Positions 49,841 through 64,000 of a stretch of 64,000 nucleotides of DNA are shown piece after piece. The stretch is from positions 248,001 through 312,000 of the forward strand of contig NW_026782492.1 of assembly GCF_031769215.1 (NCBI RefSeq). The letters are read 5' to 3'. This stretch comes from Ylistrum balloti. Lineage: Eukaryota. The position numbers were made by a program, and so were the translations under genes. The notes under the pieces are model-generated. The model was not told the origin of the DNA, did not search any database, and worked only from the letters and a program-made list of their open reading frames with translations. Numbering within the stretch: position 1 is the stretch's first letter; the number at the start of each line of letters is the position of its first letter.

Positions 49841-49951
49841 ATCTTGTATCTTGGTGAGTTTGACTTGAGATACTACACTGGCGATAGTAATGTTACCAGT
49901 TGTACAATATATCCTGAAGAGATGTGTGATCTAGGTTCATTTCTGGTACAG
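49841..49951 (+). CDS. Candidate orphan internal exon (37 aa, phase 0-0), product unknown
   Basis: Seen: ttcttacttcag| and CAG|gtaata. Only frame 0 is open: ILYLGEFDLRYYTGDSNVTSCTIYPEEMCDLGSFLVQ. No partner exons identified, and an internal TG|gtgagt could instead define a 13-nt microexon. Confidence 0.35.
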
Positions 49952-52900
49952 GTAATATATACATCAGTTCTTCTCCTTACATATATGGTGGCTAAATATA
50001 TGTTTTCTTCAACCTTGAAACAAATAAAAAAAATGAAATTATAGGCCTGACAGATCTGAGCATCTAATCTTAGATAATAAAATGGCCCTATAGCTTCCTT
50101 GTGAAATTGTTAGCATCACTGCAGTCTACAGCTAAAGAATGACTGATGTACATGTGCTGAATGTATGGAGATGTTTTCTAGAGCTATACTGGTTGCCAGG
50201 ATAGATGTTCCTAATAAATAAAAGATTGAGTCAATGGAAGCAACATGGTACATGGATGAGTTGTGTTAACCTTATACCAAGTAAAGAAAGTCTAACATAT
50301 GCCAAATTTTCTATTTTCTTTTTATATTGTTGGATTATAAATCTAAACCTCTTCTGCATAGCGTATTGGTACACATCTTTTCTTTAAAACATTCCTATAT
50401 TTTTTGAAGAGGTTCTATATTGACTATATACCTGTTAAGCCAGACTCTGAAGGTTAAGATTAGAAACTGATTTAGATATATTTATAACAGGTATATATAC
50501 CGTATATTTACCTTACTATTCCTGTATTCTTTGCCTTCTGTATTTTATGAAGAAATTATGTGAGAAACTAAACATCGTTTTAGAGATGTTGAAATTTCAT
50601 TCAAAAGAAATTTAGTTTTGGAGCTTTAATGCCATCAATTTTGTTATTATTTACACATAAATGATAGATTTATCAGCTTTGAGTGCACAGTAGAGGTTTT
50701 ACTAGAACATACTCCCCTGTGGTGGAGGCTTCTAATGAGGATTAAATCTGGCTCAGTACCAACCCAGTTGCCCTCTGTAAGTAGCAGTGTATCACCAGAG
50801 ATAAGTACTGATTAGTGTTATCATTGTATACCCAGGTGTACTAATTAATCCTATACTTCACAGACAATTAAATAAGGAAATCGTAAGTGAATTAAGATTA
50901 TTCACTAATTAAGCAGAGTTGTGATTTGTATTTGTCTTAAAGCTGCACAATTGCATTTATCACAGATTTAATTCTACCACGAACACTGAAATGGCCTGGA
51001 AGCTTACTGCTCATTCAACATAAACAATGATCATAAAAAATACTGACATCACTTCTTAATTTAAACACAAATTTTATGAAACTTGAGTGAAATACGAACA
51101 AAAATATTTCCACTGACTCCAAATTGTCAGGAGGAGAAGATCAGGTGTTAGGAAAGGTTAAGCATCTTCTTCTCCATTGATTACATAATATCACAGCGGC
51201 CATATATATCTTGTTTAATGAAAGTAAGTAAATATAGTCTCAAGTTCCTTAGTGACACTTACCGGTAAATAGACAAAAAAATGTTTGTCTTCAAACTTAA
51301 CTTACACTTAAAGTTCTATGAGGGTATGCAGTGAGAATTATCATATTGATTACTTTATTGAAGTCAGTAAATGGTAACAGATATTAGAGAAGGGAAGAAG
51401 ACAATCAATTTTTTAAGATTTTGCATCATGTACACTCATACCATGAAAACATGACATCAGATGGTTGTTTGGTATCAAGAATTCCTTTCTTTGTGTGAAG
51501 GTGAAGATTGATTTACATATCAGGAAAATATTTCTGTTTAAGCTCCATGGTCTGGTCACATTGTTTCACGTTCATCAAGGCAATATTTTTTATTGACAAG
51601 ACATCTATACTCTACTGATAGTCTGGAAACCAACTCTTCTTCAACCTCACTATATATATACATCCAGGTATAGACATTGATATACAGAATAGTGATAAAA
51701 TACATGCTAGACCAGCATAATGATAAAATATTGTGATGCCAGTCCCCAGGCCATGACAGCTAGGGATGACTGTTTGTATGACTAACAATAACTACTGATG
51801 CTGTCCGTCCATCTAGGATGGTTAATTGGCTCTTATGTTCACCTAACCATACACAATGGGAAAAGGATGTGAATCTGGCTGGCATATCTTCAACGAAAGC
51901 ATTTCAGAAAAGACTCTTGAAGACTGATATTTCTAACAGATAGCTTAATCATAATTAGTGTGTGTGTGAAATCAACTGTTAAATAAGCATGATATTTATG
52001 TATGTTAGTGTAAAATATGCCCATACAAAATATACGTTGTATCACATATACTAAAATGTATGCCTTTAGATATTGATAATTTTTTGTAAAATTATGAAAA
52101 TTGTAAATTTTAGAAATTTAAATGCACTTGCTACATTTTGTAAATACTAGTAAGTTAAAAATGAAAACCATTCAGCTACTATCATGGCTAAGAAAAAAGT
52201 TTCAAAATGATTCTTTTCTCATATATTCTGTATATCAGTATTATCCCTGCAACCTCATCTGTGATGTTTAACTTATATAGGCATTCAGTTCGGTTCTGAA
52301 AAAATTGTTTGTTCTGTACGATTCTGAAAATAAACATGATGGCAATTAGAAGTTCAGGCTGTATACTTAATGCTGATAAATATTTTCATTGAAACCTTCA
52401 TCTGCCAAGACAAATACTTGTCCTCAGCATGTATCAGTTTACAAAACTATTTGATCTTAAATCTATAAAGTAAGAGTCAACCAAGTTGTTTAGCAGCAGT
52501 ATGTGAAACCTGCAGTCGTTACCTCGGTAACAAGTTAGGAACACTCCATGAAAGTCGAGACTGTCTTGATTTCGTGAGTCAGTCTTTATATTTTACAACT
52601 ATAAAACACTAAAATTTTGGAATTCAACTTGTTTTATTGATATTCACAACTTGTTTGGCTTTATTATAAACAGCTTTACTTAAAACACCATTTCAAGTTG
52701 TAGGTATGTTCTGGAATCCATTGAGGTGGACAAGAAGCTGACCATTTATGTTAAATGTGAAATGGTTATATGGTCATTTAGACAGAAAGGCTTAAACTTT
52801 CTGTCACATTGGCAAAGATCAAGCTGCTTCTTTCCTGCCAATATGTGTTGGAGAGTTTCTCTAGAGCTGAGTATAAATAATGTTAATTAAGTTATAAGCC

Positions 52901-55900
52901 AGAGATCCTAGATTAAAACTCAACCAGAAGAATTGGAAAAATAATGACCTCTGTACTATGAGTGTCCACTCAGGGACTCCAGAATTATCAATAAAAATAA
53001 TCGGATATACTTTCGAAAGCATCACCATTAAACTCTAGAACATGTTCATCCTTCAGAATATTTTATGTCACCAGTGATGTTAAAAAATAATGGCATTTGG
53101 TATGGTTTTTTTCAGGGGAACTATATGGGATCTGTGGTACATGATTTCTTTGTGTGTAGGTACAAGAGTTCTTGTTAGTCAATAGTCTAGATTTTGCTAC
53201 AAGGGGGAGTGACGATTTAATTTACAAGGGACAGAATCTGTTATGCTTAAGATAGCTAGTAGGGGAAGCCACTGTGTTATGTGTTAGTGACACATGGTAA
53301 ACATTATGGTTTGATATATGCTTGCTTTGATATGTGTCAGATGAAAGGATTCCCATTCAACTTGGGTTCCAGGGAAAAATACATCTTTCCAAGATTAAAC
53401 ATTGATACAACAGTAAGCTTGGACTGATGTACTATTTACATATATGTACAGGACAAAGTAAATAAATAATATTAAAATGTTTTCTTTGGAACAAATTGTT
53501 TATCATAAACTGCCAAAATGGATAGTCATAAAAGTGTCCACAGACATGTGAAGGATTTAGCAATGTACCATGGTAATGATGAAGATCATTTGAATCGGTA
53601 TGAATTAATTTACTGCAGCATTAAAACCAAGTGTTTATATATGGTTGAAATTCCTGTTTTCTTTGCAGTTTGGATGATAAAGAAATATATGGCGAATGGC
53701 CGGAACACAATTACGAACAGGAAATGAAGAAATAATCAATGAACACCAAAATATTAATTTTGTGACCATCTATAATTTCCTCCCGTGATACCTCAGATCT
53801 CATCAATATAAGGAGGTCTATTAAATATTTTATATGATAAAAGAAATGTTCTCTTTTAAGTTTGCATGTTGCTGTAAATAAACTGTCATTATAGCAGAAA
53901 TAATGTCTTTATATACCTAACAGTGCATTTAAATATTGAAATAACTTACAAGCTGTTATTTATCATCACACTGGAAGAAAAATGTATACAATGTATTTTT
54001 AATAGGTTCCACATGTTAGGTAAAAAAAAGTTCATTAGAAAATTGCTCCGCCAGCCTGTTCTAGTTTACAAAAGCGATATGTTGGGGGAGTTGTGCTTCA
54101 AAGCATCACAATACAAGTTGGTAAGGCAGTTTCAACCTTCCCTCAGGCATCATGACTATGTATAAAGGGGAAAAGTGAAAGGAAAATAAAAGGAAACTGA
54201 ATTGTTATGTATATCAACTCGTTACAATTTTACACTGATTAGAGTGCAGGAAACTAATTCATAGCATGTATTTAAAGAGAATGAGCAGTCAGGAGATACA
54301 ACAGAATATGCAGGTCTCTTTCCAGGCATTTTTATTTGTCTGCAACATTTTTGTATGAGTAATGACATAATGAATGTACTGTTCAAAGGGTTGATGGTGG
54401 TGTTGGTGGATGTTTGTCACATTGACGAGTATTGTTGGGATGCTGATGGTGAAAAACACTTTCGTGGCTGTCATGTACAGCATGTATGTTAGTGATATAA
54501 GTAATGAGAAGGATTTCTTCTACATATTGGTGGAGGTCTCTGTTCCTTGATGTTAGCTAATGAGAGTATGTAGGCCATGTTTTCCAGGTGTTACTCACAG
54601 ACTAATGTTCTATCTCTTGCAGAGTGTGTGGTTCCGTACATCTCAGAAAACTCCATTCTTTACCATGGTTATATATCGTTGGGTACTTTATGCCAATTGT
54701 TCCTGATTTCAATGTTCTGGATGGCATGTAATGGGTTTTCTTGTGTGTTATATACAGGGAACTAAGCCTTTACCTATTATAAGGAGACCTTGCCTAAAAA
54801 TGACCCAGACTGTCATACACATATTTAACCTAAACCTAGCTGCCACAGGTTAAGTTGCAGTGTGTCCCTTCAAACAATTGATAATTTCATTTTCATTTTT
54901 TTTAAAACTGTTTTTTAATAAGTTGCATTGTTTACTAAAATGCAGTGAAATATTGATATCTACAAAAGTGGGCAGGCACTATACCTGTACATGTAAATTA
55001 CCATTGTTATCTGCATCACATCAGTTAGCTTTATAAAGCAACACAATGGTTTGATCTGGTCATCAAGGTATACAGCTGATCCTCATACAGAGGTTGTTTG
55101 TTACACTGACTTTGTCCAAATATATCTTTTTGACCATTGATAAGCAAATTCACTCTAAAATCACATCCTTATGAGTTTATAAGTTTATAAGTTTAATCTC
55201 TGAGAACAAAACACATATTCACTCTCAGAAAGGAACTTGAATCCTGTAGAGCAAAGTGTATCTCTGTAACTAGGCATTTTGGATTTTCCATGTTATTATG
55301 ATGTGATCAAATTCTGAATACCTGAGGTAGTACGGAAATTATGTGAAATAAGAAAATGGGTGTATTAAACACAACAGGCCCTTTGAACCTTTTTCTGACA
55401 TATAGAATATAAATCAAAATATTTTGTAAGCAGGTGAACAAACATTCTTTCAAGCATAGCTTTATGGTTGTTGCACTTTATCGTCAAAGAAACCTGTTGC
55501 ACTGTGATCATAGTGGGAACATCAAAGAAGGTGTATGAATTCTAAAATACAAGCCTCCTATTACTTGGTATGTTATTATTAAACTTTAAAAAACATCAAA
55601 CGGGTGCAATGATTTTACAGGTGATGTAATATTTTGGTGAGAGCAGCTAAGGTGACGTTAAAAATCGTTTTGTGTATAAACTTCATTTTGTGAAGATTTT
55701 TGGTCATGGTAAGACACTACAGGGATATATGATTGAAGGTGCAGGCGGAATCACACTTATAAGATATAAAACAACATCAATCATATAAACAAGAAATAGA
55801 ATACCAGTTCATATTTACCGTGAGCCGAGGAGAGGGTGTATGTGTGTAGGGACACACAATATGTGGCTGAAGATTAGGTGGGCTTATTACCGGGCACCAT

Positions 55901-58900
55901 AGGATTTGTTGGCATTTCTTGTGAAATATAAGTTGATGTACAATTATTTGATTAGGCATGGGCTTATTGCTGAATTGCACTTTCACATAGAGGTTTACAC
56001 CAACATATCACAGCCTCCCCATAACACATGTACTCAACACATGCACTCATCTGGTACACTTGGGCTATAGCTGTTGATAAAACATTAAACATTATAAAAC
56101 TATAACCATTTATTGCTTATTTTGATGTCATTCCATAAAATTTTTCCCTCAATTACTATCATCTCGCTTTCAAATTGTATCGGACCCATGTTAAATTTGA
56201 TATTCTATTTGGGATTTTGAAAACTGTCAATATCTTATAGAAGTTTTATGTTTACATCCTGTAGAATATTGCATTTCAAAAAGCTCAAATATTAAAACAT
56301 CAGAACAGTTTAAAAATGTTTCAAAAGTTTTGCTACCAATATATGAAAGACCTCTACTACATGCAGTGAAAGGCTTATATTATAATGCACCCTTCTGTTA
56401 TAAGGCTATTGAATTTCGTTATTGGAAGTGACTTTTGTGTTTTGATGTAGGGGGACGGGCAGTTCCCACAGGTGTATAGAAAGGGCACCAACAGGTCAAC
56501 AACATGTACAAGTAACTTATACTGGAATATATGCATACATAATGAGGACATAAAAGATATCGGAAAACCAACCCAATTTGATGCATTGAAATGTTCATGT
56601 TTAAAGATCTCGTGAAATGTTCATCGTGAGATATATTTAACAAGTATACGATAATCCATTAAAGATAATGTTACTCGTGACAGAGATATGAAAAGGGGAT
56701 AGTTTGTCAATCGCAGCATACCAAGATTATCTTACAAGGGGAATATACCGTATTTTACTGCAAATAAGTCCTGTCCCCCTGTGAAGAAGTTTACAAGTAG
56801 AGAAGGCAGTTATTTGCGAGCATCCCCAATGCTAATTTGTGACCACCATCTTGGATTGCCATAATCATACCTTAACTTTGACCATGCATATCTACTTAAT
56901 TACAAATAATTGAAAATTAATATATTTCATTTGATGATAATTATGTGTATACTGGTGATACTAAGAAACAATAAAAACTGAAAATATGTTTAAATCTATG
57001 AACTGCTGGACTGCTACTCATGGCAAATTAGGACAAGATAAAATTGGTCTCAACCAACAACATGAAAATGTTTATTCGCAGGCTCATAATTTTGATCGTT
57101 TCTATATTTGTATGAAAGAAGCTGCATCAAGGGAACAGATTTAAGATGGTTGGTAAAAATATGTTACAGGTAATACCAAGTTGTGTAAATGTATCTTGTC
57201 TTAGATAATGATGGAAAATAGATGTGAAAAAATCTAGTTTCAAAGAACATGCACTTTATTATAATTTGAATGCATTTGATTTACCTACACAAGTTCTTCT
57301 GGTCATCAGGGCCCCTTTAATCTGCAGCAGGGAGAGTTCATGTGTTGACATAGCATTAGGGATAAAGTTTCCAGGATTGATGGGTCTGTAATGTCTAATT
57401 ATAGGGTAGTTTTATGTCTGTAGTTTTGTTGTTGGATGAACATGGGAGGCTAGTCATTGTATTGTGAGCTACCCCCAACACTCAGGTTCTATCTTAACAA
57501 AAACACAAATTATAAAGAGGAATTTTAATTTCGTTTCTTTATGGCTTCATCATGGTGAGTCAGCACAATACTGCTATATACAATGTACTTTGTACATGTG
57601 TGTTAAGCTGCTATGAATGTGTCTATGATCTTCCTTCCTACAATATACAACTGCTTGTCACCATATTCTAACAATTTAAATCCATTGCAGGCAATTTTCA
57701 GGAAGAGATCTAGAGAAGTTTACACTTTCTAAGCTCTTTATATACTTATGTGGGATACTATACAGAGCTTCTTTGTGGAATTTTTGGGGCTGATAATGGG
57801 CTCAGTTCCTAATTGAAATTGCATTTTGTTTTCCATATTTAAACCAATTCCCAAAATTTGCAATTTACACCTGTAAATTTCCTTCTCAATTCACCAATCT
57901 ATTTCCCCTAAAATAAGGTAAAATAGCACCTACCCAACCCACTGCAGTATTAATCATATCTAAATGTTACAATACTGTTTAAAATCAAAGTACTGAAAGT
58001 ACTGAGAGGCTAAACGTTTTGAAAAATGTTCACAAATAACCGCTAAGCTATATTACTTTCCCCATACTCCTACACTTTGGAATGCAAAAATTACTAAAAT
58101 AAGAGAACCAGAGGCTATTTTTCTTAATTTTAAGCGATTTTATATCTTCTTTAATTCTTATTCCAAATTTGACGACAATAATGTGAACAAATCAAAATGG
58201 GTAAAAAAAAAAAAAAAAAATAACAAAATACACACAACCATATTTATCGCCAATAAGCCAAATGATAAATAGCTCTATGATGAAGTTGACTAAATAGAAC
58301 CTTTGAAATACCCAATATGTTGCAATTACTATCCTATCAATATGAGGATTTAGACAAATCGGAAGGACTTTATACCTACTTCTTTATTTTGAATGTATTG
58401 CAAAGTAGTAGTCCTTACTTATTATAATTATATTGTAGTTGAGGAAAGTAAATAAGGTGTACACAGCATTTCAGATAGATTAAAGTGTAAGTAATTACAT
58501 TAAATGTATTTACATGCCTATCTTCCTTGAAGTATCATGGTTAGACTTTTCTTCCAGTAATTATGTCTATAAAGACATAGTTCTTTGAGATTAAACCAGA
58601 CTTCCATATATATACAAAATTTACAATATTTTCACTATAGCTACTACTATTTCTGATCTCCAATGCATTAGATAATGTCACCATGACACGCTAAATGAAT
58701 AAATATGTTATGAAAATATTTCGTTCTAGTTAATTGATAATTATAAACATGAATATTTTGGGTTTTTTTTTTATACGTGCTTTGTTTGAAGGAATATTTT
58801 CATTTCAAGGAACTTTGATACACATTAACAAACCTTGAGAAATCAGCACAAGCAACCTTCATCAAATAAAACTAAAAGACAAAAAATATAAGTTATAGCA

Positions 58901-59009
58901 GAGTCAACGTCATGATCAGTACAGTATTAAAAATATATTATTCATAAATCATGAGCACCAAATGTAACTTGCCAACGAAGCGCAAACTTTTTATCTTCAA
59001 AAACTTGAA

Positions 59010-59440
59010 AAAGTGTCATGGCGGTGGGTGTGAAAAACCTGAAAATGTGTCATATGTTCTGTTCGCACGTTTTGTTTGTTTATAAGTGTTGTTAGTTGAT
59101 AATTCAAACTAAGCCCCCAGACTAGCTTCTTATCAACTCACACGTACAGTGTTCTGTACGCTTACGTCATGTCGAGAATTCTGTAAAATATATGTATAAA
59201 AATTGATCAATAGTTCAACCACACTGTGCTTCTTTTTGAAATATATAGTAATCGTATTGTTATTAAAAAATAAACTAATTTTGGATGCTTTTAAAATAGC
59301 GATTTGAAAGATCGCCTCATTATTTACGCAAAAAATTGCCGCTAGAGGGCTCTAACTCTTTTCGATATTTCAGCCAATGAGAAGGCCAGGATCGGTAAAT
59401 TTTGTCTGAAAGGCCGTCGCAATAGGCTATGCGCACTGAG
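59010..59440. promoter_or_regulatory. Promoter/insulator-like motif cluster
   Basis: Seen: local CpG rise, ATGGCGG (59018-59024, YY1-like), TTACGTCAT (59162-59170, ATF/CREB-like), CCGCTAGAGGGC (59339-59350, CTCF-core-like) and agCCAATgag (59374-59378). Motif identities are established consensus; function is inferred. Confidence 0.5.
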
Positions 59441-61934
59441 TATGTTTAGCCTAAAAAAGAAATATTTGAATATAAGAGATACTTTCTAAAAGCCAGCCTT
59501 TAAATTACTGCTGTCAATTGATGTATGTACCGTCCAATTAAATATTACTTTCCCTGTTTTAGAGGAATATTGACCTTTTTGACTGAAGAATCTATGCTAG
59601 TTAAAGCCATCTGACCCTAATTATTGAAACCTCCACAATCTACACATGAAATAGATTTGGTTATAAAATGAAAGTGGATGAAAGTCAGAAAGTGAAAGTT
59701 ACCATAAATACAAGGTTGTTTGTGTCCATGGTAACTGCTATAGATCCTCAGAGGTCACAAAGGTTATTGGGTACATAAAGGGGTTACAGTGTGCTTTTCA
59801 TTCATTGTTAATATGATTCATGGCAGTGAAATCTTATAAGATCATTTTTTATTGACATTTTAATTAAGATCTGTTAATTAATAGATGACTCATTACTTCT
59901 GGATAGGTCATGATGGTCACCTGTTAATGATCAGGTTTTCTGAAAACTTCGTTTTCAATTGCACTGAAACATTTGGTACATGAATTGCTACTTAGAATCA
60001 TTGTACAGAATGGAGCTTTCTGGTTCACTTTAAAACTAGAAAGTAAGTCAAGGATTTTGTTTTCAACAGAAGGATAGTCATTCTAGGGATCAAATTTCAC
60101 CCCTTGATTATTTCCAATTAAAGATTTATATGTTTTCCTTGCCAATTTAATGAAAAGATTATTTGAAAAGAGTTGTTACATTAAGATTTTATTAAGTGCA
60201 TTGCTTTATGGTAAGTAATAATGTTTTCTCTGCAGACTCCATTGTCATCAGGTGGTAGAAAATTCATAAATTAGAAGATTTGAAGTTCCAGACAGAAATA
60301 TACAAAATATTCTTTGAGGATAAATGTACAGGTAAATCTCTAACCCGAACAACCTTGGAAGATAAGGAATGAGGCAGACAATTTTACAGCTTCTGTCTAT
60401 CAAACTGGTTCACTTGAGCCACCAGTTCCTCATCGTCATGACTACAAGTGCAATTGGCATGCAGGTACAAGGTGGAAAGACAGCACCTTTAGATAAACCT
60501 ATTAAACATGTTTTCAGGACTTTTGCATCATAAAATTACCTCTATAAACCTGATAGAACCACAAGTCCTGCTGCCTATAATTATGCTCTCTTACAGTCTG
60601 TATTTAATTTAACACAAACTCAACATGTGGTTTAGGGTGTTCCTTAGGACCAGACCAGCAATCAGGATTTATCGGGTCCTTACCAAAATCCCTGGAAGCA
60701 GTCAAAGCAGATACTCTGGGAAACAGGATATGTACATAATCAAAATGCTACAGTGAAATGTTAATTTCTTGTTTACAATGTGAAGCAGATTTCATCTTCT
60801 ATTTATATTTATAGATATAGATATCCCTGAACATTGTTTTTATTTCAGTAATAATTACCATAACTCTAAGAAACTGTATGGCTGGTGTAAACACATCAAA
60901 TTTCATTTAAGATATGTAGGGGGTGAGTTTATTGCAATACAATGAAATAGTGGTTTTTTGGTATTTTTCACTAAACAGTTTTGAAGGGGCTTATACAATT
61001 AAACAGACATGGCCTTTTTGGTCAATAAAAATTGAATGTATTTGATGTTGTGATTAGAATTTCTGGAGCTGAACTTGAGGCAATTTTAAGTATGTGATTT
61101 ATATATACTTCCTGTAATTAATGATTTTTTTCTTACATTTGGGAATAAACATTTCATGATAGCCGGTTTTCAATGCCTTTGGTACCATCATAAAGCTTAT
61201 CTTTGCTGGTATTGTTATCTTGGTTATTGTTGTATTTTTGGTACATTTGAGTTCTCATTTCATGCCTGTATGTTTTATTATGCTTTGGCAGAATATTATA
61301 GAGAATGTGATGAAATGGCACATTGTGTCGACTGATTGAAACTCACTTCTCTATATACATGTAAATCTCAATAAATGTCAAAAACTACGGTTCTAGTAAT
61401 TTGTCTAAGACCTATAAACCAGACTTTAATGTTCAGCAATATGTACACAGTATTGTTCAAGATTGAATGAGATCTATCAAACGTATTGGTGCACTTTTTT
61501 CACAGAAATAGCTTTGCTTATGAATGCTGAATGGTTTCTGAAGCTAGGCTACATTGACAAGGCATGGAGACTCCAAGGTTTTACCTTGTCGATGTTTTAT
61601 GTTTTTGTGGAAGATAAATATGGAATCTGTTTCCAGATTCTTTGGACTACGACTAACACAGGTAGCGTTGTTGCCGACTGATATGTTTGGATGGCTGCTG
61701 AATGACTTAACTCATCTACATGATCCAATATAGATGAGAGCCAAGGCATAATGGTTGTTCCACTCAAGACGAGTGGTAGATATTCTCAAATGCTGAAGGG
61801 AAGAATCCAAAACTACTTGAATTAGTACTTGATCATGTTTTATTTTCCAAATATACTGCTTGTTTAACTCTGTTTAAACAGGATCCGTGAAGAATTAAGT
61901 TGATCCAGTGTGATTTTTGTCAAATAAAGTTTCG

Positions 61935-62105
61935 TGATACCTACTTATTTAAGGACATGTCAGGTTTGGATAGGGGGAGTAAAGCTGGAGCTCCTTGATT
62001 AAAACCACTGATCTGTGACAAGTACCTGTTAACTACCCCACATAGGTTTTCGAAGTCACGACCCAGAGGTGGAAGGCTAGAGGGCTTGTGATTCAGTGAT
62101 GTCAG
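61935..62105 (-). mobile_element. tRNA-derived SINE remnant (probably related to 43885-44025)
   Basis: Seen: gctggagctccttgattaaaaccactgatctgtgacaagtacctgttaactaccccacataggttttcgaagtcacgacccagaggtggaaggc, the reverse complement of a typical mollusc SINE head and core. Confidence 0.6.
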
Positions 62106-63284
62106 ATTCATCAAAATGAAATGATTTCATTTGCCAGTTAATTCAAGTAAATCAGACTTTTAAAGATCTTAAGATTGTACAAATAACACATGAGTTAATA
62201 CAAGTTTAGAGCTCGATACAGTAGAGTCTAACAATGAATTAAACTGCTTCATATGGTTGTCTCGTCCCTTTAGGATTCCTAAGTGATACAGTAAAGCCAG
62301 ATAATGAATTAAACTACATCATACAGCTGTATGGGGAGGTGCACTACAAGCCCCATTAAATTAGATTTCATAATTTTCATACATGACATAATTTTAGAGC
62401 AATGCCCATACATGTGTATATTCTGAACCATGTCACTTAATTGAGTGTCTTTTGCTAATGATACTTTTATAAATTTTTGCAAAATTTTGGGGAAATCTAC
62501 AGCATCCGAAATTTCTCATTAGATCAGCATTCAAGGACTACCAAATATTTGATTGCTTCTGCAAATACATTTTGGCACCAGGATTCTTATCACTGAATAG
62601 CAAAGACAAGAATCTACAAAACCTAGACTCGGCAGTAGATACAATCCTTAAAAAAATATAGTACTGTTTGTTGCAAGAACAATTATTTTGTTGATCAGTC
62701 AATCCTGAAAGAAAAACAAAATAAAAGCTTTAAGTCATAATTATAGGTAATTGGATTGAATATTGCTCACAGATTATTTAAATTGAAAACCTTCAGTTCC
62801 ATAAGGAATGTGATTTAAGCTGTATTGAACGTACAGTAGAAAAATTAAACGGGTATATAAGAGAAGAAAAGCATATTGATTTTGATAGAAAATTAAATCA
62901 TTTGAAGTAGAAAAGGATAAAGCTTGCAAGTTATTGTCAATCAGTTTTGACAAATTCTGTTAGCTTGCCTTTAATGTTTTGAAGCATATTAGGTAGGCAA
63001 GCATGTGTGTCTGTCCCACAATACCATTCTGGGGTTCTCTTTATTGAATGCTCTAGCTGTTTCAAGACAATTTTCATGAAATATTGTATAAATGACAAGA
63101 ATGAAAATGACAGGAGCCAGCAAAGTCAAGGCAAAAGCTGAAAAATTTCAATAACTATCTTGAATCACATCTCTGCCTTTTTAGATGGATTTGGATGGGG
63201 GAGTAGGGGGAGGGGGATGGGGTGCTTGGGCAGGAAAAGAGGGAAGAGAAGGGGAAATGGGAGGGATGTAGTAGTATTATATAA

Positions 63285-63400
63285 TCATGTCAGTTGTCAG
63301 TGAAGGTCAAAGTGTCAAGGTCAGATTTGACAACTTCCGCAAACAATGATATATATAGATGGAAGCATGGGCATTCATGTCTTACAGACATTTTATAGTT
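63285..63400. mobile_element. Terminal remnant of the dispersed repeat seen at 27410-27503
   Basis: Seen: aaggtcaaagtgtcaaggtca...gggcattcatgtcttacagacattttatagtt. Confidence 0.55.
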
Positions 63401-64000
63401 ATGGTTAGAAATACAGGAATGGTTTGGAGTTTGAACAGTCATCTAAGACCACAATTTTGATGTTTTCCTGACTTAAGCTTCTATTGGGTAAAAAATGTAC
63501 AGTCATTTGAATTATTTTATGTACATAACCAATATTGTTTATCACGTAATGTAATAAATGTACTGTGTAGATGTTTTCCTTATTGGATATTGAGTGTAGG
63601 CTGAGCATCACAGACCCCTGTAGTTAAGGCTTTGATTGATAACGTGGGGATAAATTGGACATCTTTTCTAATTGCGTATTTTCCTCCTGGAGCCAGGGAA
63701 CTAAGCATTCAGCTGGATGAAAACCATTTAGACATGTATGATGTATTAGTTTATATTTGAATTCCCATAAGTGTGCTTAAGAATGATATTTGTTCTGGAT
63801 TGTTATGCATATATATTATCAGAATGGCCCTGTGGTTTAATTTACTTTTGAAGAGAAAATAAATTTATTTTTTACTTAGAAAGTGACAGGTAAAAAATGA
63901 TTGATAAAAAAGAGTATTCATATGTTAGCTGGAAGCATAAATGCTTTTGAAATATCTTTCTTGTTGAATAATTAATGACGTAGATATTTTAGTGGAGCTA

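Noticed and set aside
54250-54780. Slightly GC-richer stretch with several short ORFs on both strands
   Set aside because: Every frame is broken by stops and no motif is recognisable. It may be a decayed element, but that cannot be supported.
61480-61800. Minus-strand acceptor (ttcttcccttcag) and 50-aa ORF MPWLSSILDHVDE...
   Set aside because: It is short, has no homology cue and no phase-compatible partner exon was found.

Overview
AT-rich eukaryotic (animal) genomic DNA. The repeat families and gene style suggest a bivalve mollusc, which is an inference. It is not prokaryotic and has no CRISPR array. The left third (1-20 kb) is repeat-dense: a decayed Tx1/L1-clade LINE, a 3.6-kb 29-bp satellite, a CR1/L2-type LINE fragment abutting a non-autonomous element, six further minisatellites (36-56 bp units), and a spliced but inactivated matrin/U1-type zinc-finger pseudogene. 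The centre holds the best genes, all on the minus strand. One is an intact 4-exon, ~403-aa CUT-class homeobox gene (one CUT domain plus an unusual W48/Q50 homeodomain) that the ORF track only shows in fragments. Another is a ~900-aa single-exon ORF with an acidic disordered N-terminus, a PAM2-like motif and a C-terminal domain resembling the protostome Fest-like family. There is also a small hydrophobic-leader ORF that is one base out of frame with a good ATG. The right third (42-64 kb) is mostly CpG-poor intronic/intergenic DNA with SINE and non-autonomous element remnants, one candidate orphan exon and a promoter-like motif cluster near 59 kb. Family assignments come from recalled motifs, not from database searches.
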